64,000 bases of DNA. Source: Octopus sinensis (lineage: Eukaryota). The DNA is taken from contig NC_043013.1 of assembly GCF_006345805.1 (NCBI RefSeq), forward strand, positions 1,984,001 to 2,048,000, in the 5' to 3' direction. Below the pieces are notes generated by a model. The model had not been told where the DNA came from. It did not search any database and was given only the letters and a program-made list of their open reading frames with translations. Made by a program: the position numbers and the translations under genes. Shown one piece after another: positions 1 to 12,660 of this stretch (the stretch's first letter is position 1; each line of letters opens with the position of its first letter).

Positions 1-627
1 AGCTCCCAAATTATTTTTGAGCAAGCCTAAGTATATTTAGACTATATAGATATACTTACATAGCTTTTATGTTTACCTTATTCAAACTAGTAATTACTAG
101 CAATTACGCAAAATTAATTCCACAAAACTGCCTTTACCACTTTTGCTACCAAACCACTACGCTTTCCAGAAAACCTGCCAACTTGAGAGAAACTAACCAC
201 TATTAGTGAGTACTATATTTCAACAGAACTGACCTCCACTACTTCCGACAAATACACAAAAGCCTCTGCAACCATTTATTTTTTTCTGTTGTTTACTTCC
301 AGTCATTTATTGTTATTATTTCTTTTTATTTAGGTTAACGGCTCGAAAACCAGAGCGACCATACAAGCTGACTTTTCACAAACTGAATACTACAACTTCA
401 GTCATATTTTGCTCATTGACTATTAATACTTGCTCCAAGTCGTTCGATATTTATTTATCTACGAAGGACGTTGGAGTAGCGGTTTTGTTAGAGGACCGGA
501 CAAACCGGGTGGCGGCATTTGTTCTGACTGTTTATGTTCTCTGTACAAATTACACCAAGGTCAAACTTTGAAATTGCATCTTCCGCGGGGTCGATGAAAT
601 AAAGTACCATTGGAGTATAATATAAAG

Positions 628-1041
628 GGATCTTTTCAGTTTGAACGGCAGTTTTTTTCTAGCGGTGTCATATAAAATTGTCACCCATAATTATGACCCT
701 AGTATCGATCTATTGCATTTCAATCTATTTTAGGGTTAGGGTTAGAGTTAGGGGTGGGGGAGGGTATCTTTTTTTTTCTTCACAAATGTAAATAAACCCA
801 ATCTGTTTCCTGAACGAGGGACATATTCATACGGTACAGAATGTTTTCACCTCAATAGACGTCATTGAGTGGTAGAAATTGAAGAAAAAAAAACAACATA
901 TCTTACAAACTATAGAATTTTCTCAATAAGGCCAAGAGAAAAAGATGTTTTATAAACACATTCTACCAGTATACGAAATTTAAAAGTGTTTAGTTACGTG
1001 GAAATTATTTTAAAAAACTACCAGTCAAACCGAAAAGATCC
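628..1041. mobile_element. MITE-like non-autonomous DNA element with ~30 bp imperfect TIRs
   Basis: Left end GGATCTTTTCAGTTTGAACGGCAGTTTTTT pairs with right end AAAAAACTACCAGTCAAACCGAAAAGATCC. The subterminal motif CACATTCTACCAGTATACGAA is shared with the element at 25210-26459. Contains TTAGGG-like repeats at ~730-754. Confidence 0.7.
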
Positions 1042-1523
1042 AAATAAAGTATTATTCATTTCGAGTGAATATAGTCAACCTCTTTCCCTAAAATGTTAAG
1101 GCCTTGTGTCTAAATCAATATTTATACGAGGCAGGTGATGAACAGGGTTATATATATATAAAAAAAAAGGGATGCCAGGGGTTAATCGTAATCATACCGA
1201 CGCCGAAGATTTCCTGGGATATTAAATTAAAGTTTGACTATATTAAAGATGAGGGCTCACAGAAGGAAATGGGGTGTGAAGTCAACTTTATAACCAACCC
1301 GACTCCCTCCTGACGAAATTCCTTACAGAGGCCCCTTCCCTCGTTGCATATTATAAAGGTTTTTCGATGGCTTTGGATGAGGACCCAAACGACTCGTGTC
1401 GCTGCCTTTACAAATGATCGAGATATGCTTACTGCATTCTTTCAAATAGCTGATGATTACCTATTAAAATGGAAACAGGATTGTATCGAGCACGACATAT
1501 TTGTGTTATCTTAGCAAGATTAA

Positions 1524-1925
1524 GCGGCGAGTTGACGAGAGTCGTTGGCGCAACTGACAAAACCCCCAAACATTGCTTTTTATTGCTCTTTGCATTCTAA
1601 GTTCAATCAAATAACGCCACGGTCGACTTTGCCTTTCATCCTTTCAGGGTCGATAAAATTAAGTACCCGTCAAGTACTGGAGCCGATGGTATTGGCTAAT
1701 CTCCTTCTGCTAAAAATGCTAGCCCTGTGCCAAAATTTGCAACCTTTATTAGACGGCGCGTTGGCAGAATCGTTAGCAGGTCGGACCAAATGCTTTGGCG
1801 ACATTTCTTCTGGCTCTTTATGTTCTGAGATCAAATTCTGCCGAGGTTAACTTTGGCTTTCGCCTTTTCTGAGTCGATGTAATCGATTATATCCAACTCT
1901 AAAATTACTGGCCTTGTGCCAAAAT
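1524..1925 (+). mobile_element. Two tandem copies of tRNA-derived SINE family A
   Basis: A-box-like TGGCAGAATCGTTAG, B-box-like GAGATCAAATTC, and the body GTCGACTTTGCCTTTCATCCTTTC.GGGTCGATAAA seen in many other copies in the window. Confidence 0.75.
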
Positions 1926-1956
1926 TTGAAATTATTATGTTACAAGGTTAACAGTT

Positions 1957-2143
1957 TTTCTTTTATTTTGTTTCAGTCATTTGACTGCGGCCATGCTGGA
2001 GCACCACCTTTAGTCGAGCAAATCGACCCCAGGACTTATTCTTTCTATCGGTCCCTCTTGCCGAACCGCTAGGTTACGAGGACGTAAACACACCACTATC
2101 GGTTGTCAAGCGACGTTGGGGGAACAAACACACACACATACAA

Positions 2144-2211
<68 letters not shown>

Positions 2212-2385
2212 GACGGGCTTCTTTCAGTTTCCGTCTACCAAATCCACTCACAAGGCTTTGGTCGGCCCGGGGCTATAGTAGAAGACACTTGCCCAAGGTG
2301 CCACGGAGTGGGACTGAACCCAGAACCATGTGGTTGGTAACCAAGCTACTTACCACACAACCACTCCTGCGCCTATAACAATCAC
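1957..2385 (-). mobile_element. Full-length SINE family B (tRNA head, CORE-like domain, internal (TA)n/(CA)n)
   Basis: Reverse complement of the + strand copy at 17648-18055. The CORE-like motif GGCACCTTGGGCAAGTGTCTT is present. Confidence 0.85.
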
Positions 2386-3069
2386 TTATGCAGATGTGGT
2401 GAACCTGAAGCATTCTGAAAGAATAACATTTGAGGGAAAATCAATATACGGGAGTATGTTTTTGTTGATCTAATTTTTTTAGAAAACCCTTTGCTCAAGA
2501 TGCCGCGCTGTGGGGCTGAACCCGAAGCCACGTAGTTGCAAAGCCACTCTTCTTAACCACACAGCTATGCCTACGCCTTTATTTACTTTATCGTCCTTCT
2601 CGCGCCCCTGCTGACCTTTTGACCATAGCTTTCTATCCCTGCCCATGACCACCTGCCGACATATTTGGCATCATAATTCTGACCACTCCTAATTCCTGTT
2701 CTTTCACTACATTTTCACCATTCCTTAAAGGATCTCGGTTCTCTGCTGTTTCTACCCTTCCCCTTACCTTTTCGATTCTCTCCACCCTTTTTTTGTTTGT
2801 TTGTGTATCTGTCCCCACTTGACCCCTATTTCCTTCTTTATCTTTATTCTCTCTTACCCCCCCACCTCACCTGACCTAGCTCTTTATTATACACACGTAC
2901 ACATGCACGTTTGTGAGCGCGCGCGCATAGTGCGTATGGTTAAGGGGCTCGCTTTGCTAGCAAATAGTTTCGGGGTTCGAACCTACTATGCGGCACCTTG
3001 AGTAAGTGTCGTCTATTGAAGTCCCGACTCGACCAATGCCTCGTGAGTGAGATTCGTAGACGAAATATC

Positions 3070-3720
3070 TTTTATGTTCTACTTGTTTCTGTCTTTGGAC
3101 TGCGGCCATGCTGGGGCACCGCCCTGAAGAATTTTTAGTCAAATGAATCAACCCCCCCCCCCCAGTACTTATTTTTTTAAGCATGGGGCTTATTCTGTCG
3201 GTCTTTTTGCTGAACCGCCAAGTTACAGATACGTAAATACACCAACACCGGTTGTCAAGCGGTGGTGGGAGATAAACACACACACACACACACACACGCA
3301 CACAAGCATATACAAACATACATTCACACACATCTATTTATCTGTTCTTTTATTTCTTCATTTTTTTTACTTGTTTCAGTCATTTGACTGCGGCCATGTT
3401 GGAGCACCGCCTTTAAGACGAACAAATCGACCCTAGGACTTATTCTTTGTAAGCCTGATACTTATTCTATCGGCATCTTTTGCCGAACCGCTAAGCTACG
3501 GGGACGTAAACACACCAACGTCGATTGTGAAGTGATGGTGGGGAGACAAACACAGACACACACAAATATGCATATATACGACGGGCTTCTTTCAGTTTCC
3601 GTCTACCAGATCCACTCGCAAGGTTTTGGTCGTCCCGAGGCTATAGTAGGTGCCACGCTGTGGGAATGAACCCTGAACCATGTGGTTTGGAAGCAAACTT
3701 CTTACCGCAACCATGCCTAA
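3070..3720 (-). mobile_element. Tandem SINE family B copies
   Basis: Repeated GACTGCGGCCATGCTGGAGCACCGCC...GCCGAACCGCTAAG...ACACACCAAC modules. Confidence 0.8.
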
Positions 3721-4560
3721 AGAAACAAACACTTGAGGTTTCTCACTCCCAACTGTTGGGCAACCGTTGGCTCTTGGCAGTTCATCCGCCCTTTGACGGG
3801 GTTTGTTTGTTGTGTTCCATCCTACTAAGCCTGCTCGATAGGATTGCCGTTTTAATCGCCGACGGCCCAGTCATCCGGTAGGTTGTACTGAGTTGCGTGT
3901 TATCAGTAGCGCTGAAAGTCTAACCATCTCTCTATGTTGGGTTCTGTTCGTCAGGAAACACTTTATCCACTGCAGCAGCTTTCTACAGACTCCAATGTTG
4001 GACAGTTTCTTCAGCAGGCGGCGAGTTGGCAGAAACGTTAGCTCGCCGGGCAAAATGCTTTGCAGTATTTCGTCCGCTGTTACGTTCTGAGTTCAAATTC
4101 AGCCGAGGTCGGCTTTGCCTTTCATCCTTTCGGGGTCGATAAATTAAGTACCAGTTACGCGCTGGAGTCGATGTAATCGACTTTAATCTCTCTGTCTGTC
4201 CTTGTTTGTCCCCTCTGTGTTTAGCCCCTTGTGGGTAGTGAAGAAATAGGTACAGTTGTGGACCACTCTGCCAAATGCCTTGCTGAAATCAAGGTATATG
4301 ACGTCAGTGTTGGAGCCCTCTCCCAACACTTTTAAGATGTCATCAAAATCGTGCAGAAGCTGCGACAGGCAGTCCCTGCCATCGCGGAAACCATGCTGGT
4401 TGGGGTTCAGTAGATTGTTGTCTTCGAGGAAGTGAGTTATTCGCGATCTCGCCACCCTTTCAAATACTTTAGTGATATGAGAAGTGAGTGAAATCGGACG
4501 GTAGTTCACTGCAAGAGATTTGTTTCCCTTTTTGAAGACTGGGAAAGAAAATGATCCGGA
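3720..4560 (-). mobile_element. Degenerate CR1-clade LINE RT fragment interrupted by a SINE
   Basis: NYRPISLTSHITKVFER...NQHGFRDGRDCLSQLL...YLDFSKAF continues, across the SINE, as LLKKLSNIGVCRKLLQWIKCFLTNRTQ. Confidence 0.85.
4017..4250 (+). mobile_element. SINE family A inserted in the CR1 fragment
   Basis: Full family A sequence from GGCGAGTTGGCAGAAACGTTAG to GTGAAGAAATAGG splits the RT frame. Confidence 0.85.
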
Positions 4561-4779
4561 ACGTAGCCTGGGGAGATATCAAAGTTATCTCTCTATGAGT
4601 AGGAAAACTCTGGTGTGACATATGCGACTTTGTCTGCATTCCATGACGTAGAATTGTTCTTCATTTTGAGCAAGTGCATACATTTATCAGGGAGTGGGAT
4701 TGGCCCCTAAGCAAGGCCTTTCCTCACTTAAGAAGCTTCAGACATAGGCATCCTTGATTTCTAACATCTCTGTTATGCA

Positions 4780-6670
4780 CATAATGATTGTCGAATAACA
4801 AGAGGTGGTTGGCCCTCAAACAAGCCATTCGTTTTGAGTCAATTAGATTTAGTCAAAAATCCAGTGTAGATAAAGCTAGAATAGGGGGCAATCTACTTAA
4901 AGACTTAGAAGAGGCGTTGAGGTTGGGCTCTGCATCCCAAGTTTTGGCAGCGAGATCGGCCTTGGGCCGACACCTCAAAACCAAACACGAGGTATGTAGA
5001 GCTCAGGCAAAAGTACGTGCATTGGGACGTGAAAGAACTAACATTGCCGGATGGGTCGGTACGATAGAGACCCAGCGTGGCAATGAACAAGAGTGTTTGG
5101 TCGAAGGACAGGACAAAATGAGTGGGGCATTTTACGGGCATTTTGCCCAGTTGTTCGGGAGGAGCAGGACGCTAGACCATGGTGAGTCCCTTCGAGACTT
5201 CTTGGAATGCGGTCCGAATCTCTCGGCGCGAGAGGTCGAGTGCTGTGAAGGGCCGATCACAGCCAAGGAGGTCATAGAGGTACTTTCCGGGTGCCCCGGA
5301 GATAGATCGCAGGGACTTGATGGTCTACCCTATGAGTTTTATAAAAGTATGCCAGACTTGTTCGGGCACCTACTTGCCGGAGTCTACGCCAACTAGCAGT
5401 AGAATGGGAATATTCCACATCTGTGTGACTCTGATCAGAAAGGACCCGAGTAAGAGGGACATTATGAGCAACTTTCGGCCCATAACCCTGTTAAATACAG
5501 AGTTACAGATTTTGGCCAAGGTGTTAGCAAAGAGGTTGGCGCGGGTCGTGGGCGACCTTGTCGGGGAGACCCAAACTTGCTCCATTCCCGGCAGGACGAT
5601 ACACGACAATCTCCACCTTATACGCTACACCTTAGAGCGGGTTGGTAAAGGTGTGGAACTGGTGCATTTAGACCAATATAAAGCATTCGATTGGGTCGAC
5701 GTCGGTACGTGGCGGCGGTTCTCGGAGTGGCCGGGATGGGCCCGACTTCCCGCTGCTGGATCGCTGCTATGTACTGCAACATTGAGTCTATCGTTCATGT
5801 GAATGGTTTCCTCTCGAAACCATTCGACATAAAACGCTCTGTTTGCCAGGGATGTCCCTTGTCTCCGCTTTTGTATGTGCTGGCTCTTGAGCCATTGCTG
5901 CGGAGGTTGGAGGCTGCAGGGGGCAACCCGCATGATCTCAGTGGTGGGAGGACTGCGACCACGTAAGCAAATGACATTGCCATCATCATGTCTGATGAAG
6001 GGCAACTACTTTGAGTAGAAAACACCATCAGAAGTTACGAAGCGGTGGCAGGAGCAAGAATTAATCAGGATAAGTTGGTCGGCTTACAACTTGGCATCTG
6101 GAGGGGCAAGTCGATGCCGCCCAGTAACGTCGTAGGACGTTGGACGGAAGGTCCCGTTAAGATACTAGGGGCTCTGGTTTGGTCCAGATATACAGATGGA
6201 GAAGAATTAGGGTGAGGTAACAAGCAAGGTAACAGCCCTAATCCAGATCTGGCGTTATCGCTGGTAGGAAAAACGGAGGTGACGCGGGTGTTCATTGCAA
6301 TCTTATCACCTTTCGCCTGACCGTCGTGCCTTGCCCTGATCCGTCGCTAGACAAGTTGGAGAGACTCCTCTTCCGCTTTTTGTGGATAGGGAGACGACTT
6401 GTAAGGCTCTCTATCTATTGTCAAAAACCATTAAAGGATGGAGTAGGAATGCCGTGGCTGAAGATGCGCAAATTTGCCCTGAGGCTTAGGCACCTCTGGC
6501 GTCACCTGGATGGTGAGCAGGTGTGGTCACCCCTCTTGAAGTTCTTCCTTCCACATTTGACCTCCCTTCGGGATTTAGGTCCTTGGATCAGGCGAAGACC
6601 TAGGCTGGCTGATTGACAATTAGAGTGCCGACGAGCACAGACGCTTCTCTTCCGGGCGGGCAATGCCAGC
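4780..6670 (+). mobile_element. Degenerate L1/Tx1-clade LINE ORF2 (RT), several stops and frameshifts
   Basis: Successive frames give SQGLDGLPYEFY, NFRPITLLNTELQILAKVLAKRL, LDQYKAFDWVD, SVCQGCPLSPLLYVLALEPLL, a decayed YADD region, and LERLLFRFLW...GVGMP. Confidence 0.9.
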
Positions 6671-6681
6671 AGCTGGAGTTT

Positions 6682-6960
6682 GGGGTCGATTAAATAAGTA
6701 CCAGTTACGCACTGGAGTCGATGTCATCGACTTAATCCGTTTGTCTGTCCTTGTTTGTCCCTTCTGAGTTTAGCCCCTTGTGGGTAGTAAAGAAATAGGT
6801 ATTTCGTCTGACGTTACGTTCTGAGTTCAAATTCCTCCAAGGTCGACTTGGCCTTTCATCCTTTCGGGGTCGATTAAGTAAGTACCAGTTACGCACTGGG
6901 GTCGATGTAGTCGACTTAATACCTTTGTCTATCCTTGTTTGTCCCCTCTATGTGGACAAT
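6682..6960 (+). mobile_element. Partial tandem SINE family A copies
   Basis: GGGGTCGAT...AAGTACCAGTTACGCACTGG.GTCGATGT occurs twice. Confidence 0.8.
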
Positions 6961-7074
6961 AAGGAAATAAATTGTGATTGTTGGTTCGTTACATGTTTGT
7001 TACTTTCACTGTTTGTATTTTGTATTGTTATAACACTGCTACAGTGAATTCTTTATCTATCATCGACAATATCA

Positions 7075-7262
7075 ACCGTACTACGATATTGGGGGCGTAA
7101 GGATATAACAGAATTACAGGGACAACTAATTTTTGCCAGCCGAGTGGACTGATGCACAATGAAATAAAGTGTTTTGCTCAAATAATGTTCGATTACTGTT
7201 GGCAATCGAACTTAAGTCCTCACAATCGCAAACCGAATACCCTAACCACTACACAACATTCC
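7075..7262 (-). mobile_element. Degenerate SINE family C
   Basis: TTTTTGCCAGCCGAGTGGACTG...AAGTGTTTTGCTCAA...CCCTAACCACTA, similar to 28770-29020. Confidence 0.6.
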
Positions 7263-8759
7263 TGTTAATGCCCTCTGAACCAACTCCTTAATCCGGTTAC
7301 AGTACGCCTCACAAGACAAAATAGCTTTGTTCAGCTTCCAATAGCCGGGTCCCTAGTTATGTACTCTGTCTATGATAACCCTACACGTCACTAATTTGTG
7401 ATCCGTTTAGGGGACCAGAAAGAACTGTGGACAACTAAAACTAGACTTATCTCTAGTCCTTACCACTATCCTGTATAGATAAGACCTTCGCGACCCATCG
7501 CCATTTTGAAATTTCGTGTTCCAAAGGAATAAAGAAATTCTAGTTATTATTATTTTCTTGTATGTTTTTCGCTTGGGCCTTATCTCAAGGTGTTCGGTTT
7601 GCTTCCGTTTTCTCATGCTAGTTCTACGGGACTCCATTACTTTCGGTTACTGGGACATTGAATACATCAAAATATACCTCCATAGGAATTTCTCTCTGTT
7701 CTTCGGCATGTCTCTTCTTTAATTGATTTTTGTGTCTCGTGTGTTCCCAAAGTGGACCTTTAATTAGATACATCAAATTCAAATGACCAACTTTGTCACA
7801 TGACCCACTGAATCCCTCTGAGAACTACATTGAGGGTACGCGTGTCTGTGGAGTACTCAGCCACTTGCACATTAATTTCACGATCAGGTTGTTCCGTTGA
7901 TCAACTGGAACAGTCTGATCGTCGTAAACGGCAGAGAGCGAGGCTACTGGGATGCGAACCGGTACTTGATCAACCCCAGCTGGGTCAGCTTGGCAAGGGG
8001 GATCTGATGTTGAAGGAACCAAAACCCCTTAAAATCCTGGAAACATCACTGATGATGCATTCAAGAGCTATAGGGAACTACATCTAGAACTTGTTGCAAT
8101 TATTTCTATTCCCTTGTCGCTTACGTCCCATTCTGAAAGAATTCACTCCCTACCTAAATATTGCAACGCCACACCTTGGGACTAAAGCTTTGCAAGCACT
8201 GCCCCAGCATGACCGCAATCAGATGGGTGAAACAAAATAGAAGAATATATATGGAGAGAGAGAGAGAGAGAAAGAAAGAGAGAGGAATAGGGAATGAGAT
8301 ATTCTTTCCAAATTTTGGTTCGGGGCCAGTAATTTTTGAGCTTGGGGGAATTGATTATATGGACTCCAATGCTCAACCGGAACTTTTATTTTATCGCCCT
8401 CCAGAGTATGAAAGGGAAAGTTAACCTCGGCGGTATTTGAACTCAGAACGTAGAGAAGGAAGAAATATTTCTCGGCGTGCAAATGACTCGGCCAGCTCAG
8501 CGCGCTGCGGATGAGAATTGTGAGGGACGAGAGGCCAGTACAATATTAAACCCGTTGTTGAGAGAATCTGGAAAATATCTCGCGTTTACCGTTGATTTAA
8601 GGTTAACAGGTCAACGTTGTAATCAAAGCTTTCTCATTGTTTGTTATTCTACTATGAGGTGTGTGTGTGGTCGGAATAAGTAATGCACGCCTTTCGACCC
8701 ATAAAAAACGCGTTGGAATAAAACATGAATAATGTACATACGTATGTACGTGCATACAT

Positions 8760-8806
<47 letters not shown>

Positions 8807-9176
8807 TCATACATACATTTGTGTAGGTGTGTGTGTGTACGCGCACCATTTTTTAATTCTTTACTCTTTTTTATATTTATACATTTTACATACACGAAGA
8901 TACAAAGCATAGCTGTATGGTTTAAGTTCCCTTTGTAACCACGCGATTTCGCGTTCGATCCTACAATGTGACAGCTTGGACAAACGTCTATTATTGTAAC
9001 TTCACGCTGACTGACCAAAGCTTTGTGAGTGAAACTGTTTGATGGAAACTGTGCGAAAGCCCGTCGCATGTGTGACGCTCCAGCCTGACCACAGTCCAGG
9101 GAAACAAATAAAAGAACAAACAAGTATACATTTTCTTTTATTCTCATATTGACAAAATTTTTTTTTTTTTTTGGAA

Positions 9177-9556
9177 GCACTCCGTCGGTTACGACGATGA
9201 GGGTTCCGGTTGATCCGAATCAACGGAACAGCCTGCTCGTGAAATTAACGTGAAAGTGGCTGAGCACTCCACAGACACGTGCACCCTTAACGTAGTTCTC
9301 GGGGATATTCAGCGTGACACAGAGAGTGACAAGGCCGGCCCCTTGAAATACAGGTACAACAGAAACAGGAAGTAAGAGTGAGAGAAAGTTGTGGTGAAAG
9401 AGTACAGCAGGGATCACCACCATCCCCTGCCGGAGCCTCGTGGAGCTTTAGGTGTTTTCGCTCAATAAACACTCACAACGCCCGGTCTGGGAATCGAAAC
9501 CGCGATCCTATGACCGCGAGTCCGCTGCCCTAACCACTGGGCCATTGCGCCTCCAC
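9177..9556 (-). mobile_element. Full-length tRNA-derived SINE family D
   Basis: Minus strand begins GTGGAGGCGCAATGGCCCAGTGGTTAGGGCAGCGGACTC...GGTTTCGATTCCC (A and B boxes). Second copy at 21846-22206, fragment at ~7835-7930. Confidence 0.85.
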
Positions 9557-9739
9557 TTGACAAAATTAATGCTACGTGCACAAACATTAAGACACAACCA
9601 CACATATTTGAGTGTGTGTGTATTTTTCTACGTATTTCGCCAAAATTTAAGTGTTAAGTGTTTTGATGACGAACACAACCCATGTTGTGGTTGAGGGTCT
9701 TTTGGAATTAAGAGAGGTTTTTTTTCTATTTTATTATTT

Positions 9740-10110
9740 TATTTCAGTCAGTTGAGTGCGGCCATGCTGGAGCACAGCCTTTTAGTCGAACAAATCGACT
9801 CTAAGACTTATTCTTTGTAAGCTAAGTACTTATTCTATCGGTCTGTTTTGCCGAACAGCTAAGTTACGGGGACGTAAACACACCAACATCGGTTGTCAAG
9901 CGATGATGGGAAGGGGGGAACAAACAAACACACACACACATATATATATACGACGGGCTTCTTTCAGTTTCCGTCTACCAAATCCACTCACAAGGCTTTG
10001 GTCGGCCTGAGGCTATAGTAGAAGACACTTGCCCAAGGTATCACGTAGTAGGACTGAACCCGGAACCATGTGGTTGGTAAGCAAGATACTTGCCACACAG
10101 CCATGCACCT
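9740..10110 (-). mobile_element. SINE family B
   Basis: Matches the family B consensus along its length. Confidence 0.85.
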
Positions 10111-10165
10111 ACATGTAAAAATTAGATTTTTTTTTACACACACACACACACGCACACACACACAC

Positions 10166-10221
<56 letters not shown>

Positions 10222-10699
10222 CAAAATGACAATTTTTTTTTTTTTTTTGGTAATTCATATTTAAAAAGTTGACTCTCGGTTTGGCTGTTGTTTCTAGCTT
10301 GTCAGCTTTCTGGTTGGGGCGTACTTAAAATTTGAAGATTTAGAACCCCCCGCCAAACACGTTTTCATTCTTTGTCCCTCTGGCAAAAGAAAAAAGGGGT
10401 GGGGGGATTTCACTTTCTGCCATAGGGTGGAGGGGAGGGTTTTTTTTTTGTTTTTTTTAAATTGAAATTTTACAAACAATTTTTTTCGAATCCTAATCTC
10501 CATATTTTTCTCCGTATTTCGCCAAAATATGCAGCAAAATCTGGAGATTGTGACGTGGCCTAACAACATCACCAAATGAAAATAGGTCGCTTCTTATAAA
10601 CGGAGGAGATGTTATATTTAGATTTGGCGTCGACACGAAATGCCGGAAGTTTCTCCCTCAAAGTTGTGAATTATTACTCGTTTTTTGTTTGTTTGTTTG

Positions 10700-12170
10700 A
10701 GGCAGTTGAGTGCGGCCGTGCTGGAGCACCGCCTTTAGTCGAACGAATCGACTCTAAGACTTATTCTTTGTAAGCCGAGTACTTGTTCTTTCGGTCTATT
10801 TTGCCGAACCGCTAAGTTACGGGGACGTAAACACACCAGCATCAGTAGTCAAGCGAATATCTTAGCGAACCGCTAAGTTATTCTATCGATCTTGTTTGGC
10901 GAACCGCTAAGTTATTCTATCGGATTTATTTGGCGAACCGCTATGTTATATCAATCTGAATTGGCGAACCGCTAAGTTATTTTATCGGCCTCATTTGGCG
11001 AACGGCTAATTTATTCTATAGGGTCTCATAAATGGCGAACGGCTAATTTATTCTATCGATCTCATTTGGCGATCCGCTAAGTTATTCTATCGATCTCATT
11101 TGCCGAACCGGTAAGTTATATAGTTCTTATTTGTCGAACTGCTAAGTTATTCTATTAGGTTTCATTTGGATAACCGCTAAGTTACTCTATCGATATCGTT
11201 TGGCGAACCGCTAAGTAATTATATCGAGTTTCATTTGGCGAAACGCTAAGTTATATCGGTTTCGTTTGGCGAACCGCAAAGTTATTCTATCGGGTCTCAT
11301 TTGGTGAACCATTGAGTTATTCTATCGATTCCATTTGGCGAACCGATAAGTTATTATATCAATTTCATTTGGCGAATCGTTTAGTTATATCGATCTCGTT
11401 TGGCGAACCGCTAAGTTATTCTATCGACATTATTTGGCGAACTGCTAGATTATTCTGTCGGCCTCATTTGGCGAACAGCTTTTTCTGTCGATCTGTTTTG
11501 GCGAATCGCTAAGTTATTGTATCGGTCGCATTTGCCGAACCGCTAAGTTATTCTATCGATCTCATTTGGCGAACCGATAAGTTATTCTATCGAATTCATT
11601 TGGCGAATCGCTAAGTTATTCTGTTGATCTCATTTGGCAAACCGCTAAGTTGTTCTATCGATTATATTTGGCGAACCATTAAGTTATTCTATAAATCTTA
11701 TTTGGCGAACCGCTAAGTTATTCTATCGGTTTCATCGAACAAGTTTAGTGAACGGCTAAGTTATTATATCGATTTCATTTGGCGAACCGCTAAATTATTC
11801 TATCGATCTTATTTGGTGAACCGCTAAGTTATTCTATCGGATTTCATTTGGCGAACCGCTAAGTTTTTTTTTTATCGGATTCATTTGGTGAACCGCTAAG
11901 TCATTCTATCGAACTCGTTTGGCGAACCACTAGGCTATTATATCGATCTCATTTGCTGAATCTCTAAGTTACGGTGACGTAAACACACCAGCATCGGTTG
12001 TCAGACGACGGTGAGGGGATAAACACACACACACACACCACACACACACACATATACGATGGCCTTTTCTCAGTTTCCGTCTACCAAATCCACTAACAAG
12101 GTTCTGTTCGACCCGAAGAAGACGCTTGCCCAAGATGCTACGCAGTGGGACTGAACTCGGAACCATGTGA
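10700..12170 (-). mobile_element. SINE family B locus containing an internal tandem expansion
   Basis: Family B sequence flanks the 34-bp array on both sides and resumes at ...TAAGTTACGGTGACGTAAACACACCAGCATCGG. Confidence 0.8.
10865..11965. repeat. Minisatellite, ~33 units of ~34 bp (GCGAACCGCTAAGTTATTCTATCGATCTCATTTG)
   Basis: Units counted by eye. The unit corresponds to the SINE B segment TTATTCTATCGGTCTCTTTTGCCGAACCGCTAAG. Confidence 0.95.
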
Positions 12171-12172
12171 TC

Positions 12173-12330
12173 GTGGTAAGAAGCAGGCCGCGATGTTACT
12201 TCTGTGGCGATTCAGGTGACACCAGAGTCAATTGCTTGAAGGAAAGAAGGATTAGTGGGGGAAATGAACCGCAGCAACCATTAACACCACTACAACAACA
12301 ACAACAACAACAGGCACCATAAGAACAGCA
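12173..12330 (+). mobile_element. Remnant of a retroelement gag/ORF1-like zinc knuckle followed by poly-Q low-complexity sequence
   Basis: Translates as VVRSRPRCYFCGDSGDTRVNCLKE, i.e. CX2CX4(H>D)X4C. Confidence 0.45.
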
Positions 12331-12450
12331 GCAACAACACCAACAGAGAAAACTGGACACAACAGCATCCACAAAAACCACTGCAGCACCGGCAGCAGCT
12401 GCAGCTACAAGAACGACTGCAGTGGAAACAACAACGTCAAGCAGAATGCA

Positions 12451-12482
<32 letters not shown>

Positions 12483-12562
12483 ACATAAACAGCAACAACA
12501 ACGGCAGTAACAGGGAACTCTCCAAAAAAATAATGACAATACCACTACGCCATATGCCCGTG

Positions 12563-12660
12563 GGCATATAGAGTAGTGGTTAAGAGCACGGGCTACTAAC
12601 CCCAAGATTCCGAGTTCGATTCCAGGCAGTGACCTGAATAATAATAATAATAATAATAAG
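12563..12660 (+). mobile_element. Short tRNA-derived SINE or tRNA pseudogene with (AAT)n tail
   Basis: GTAGTGGTTAAG (A box) ... GAGTTCGATTCC (B box), followed directly by AATAATAAT. Confidence 0.65.

Noticed and set aside
330-372. GCTC...GAGC hairpin near the window start as a ribozyme
   Set aside because: It lacks the CUGANGA and GAAA core in the required order.
10865-11965. CRISPR-like appearance of the 34-bp array
   Set aside because: Units are contiguous with no unique spacers, derive from a SINE, and the context is eukaryotic with no cas genes.
12196-12605. Poly-Leu, poly-Cys or poly-Gln ORFs as a host gene
   Set aside because: They are CAG/CAA microsatellite translations with stops in the Gln frame and no splice support.
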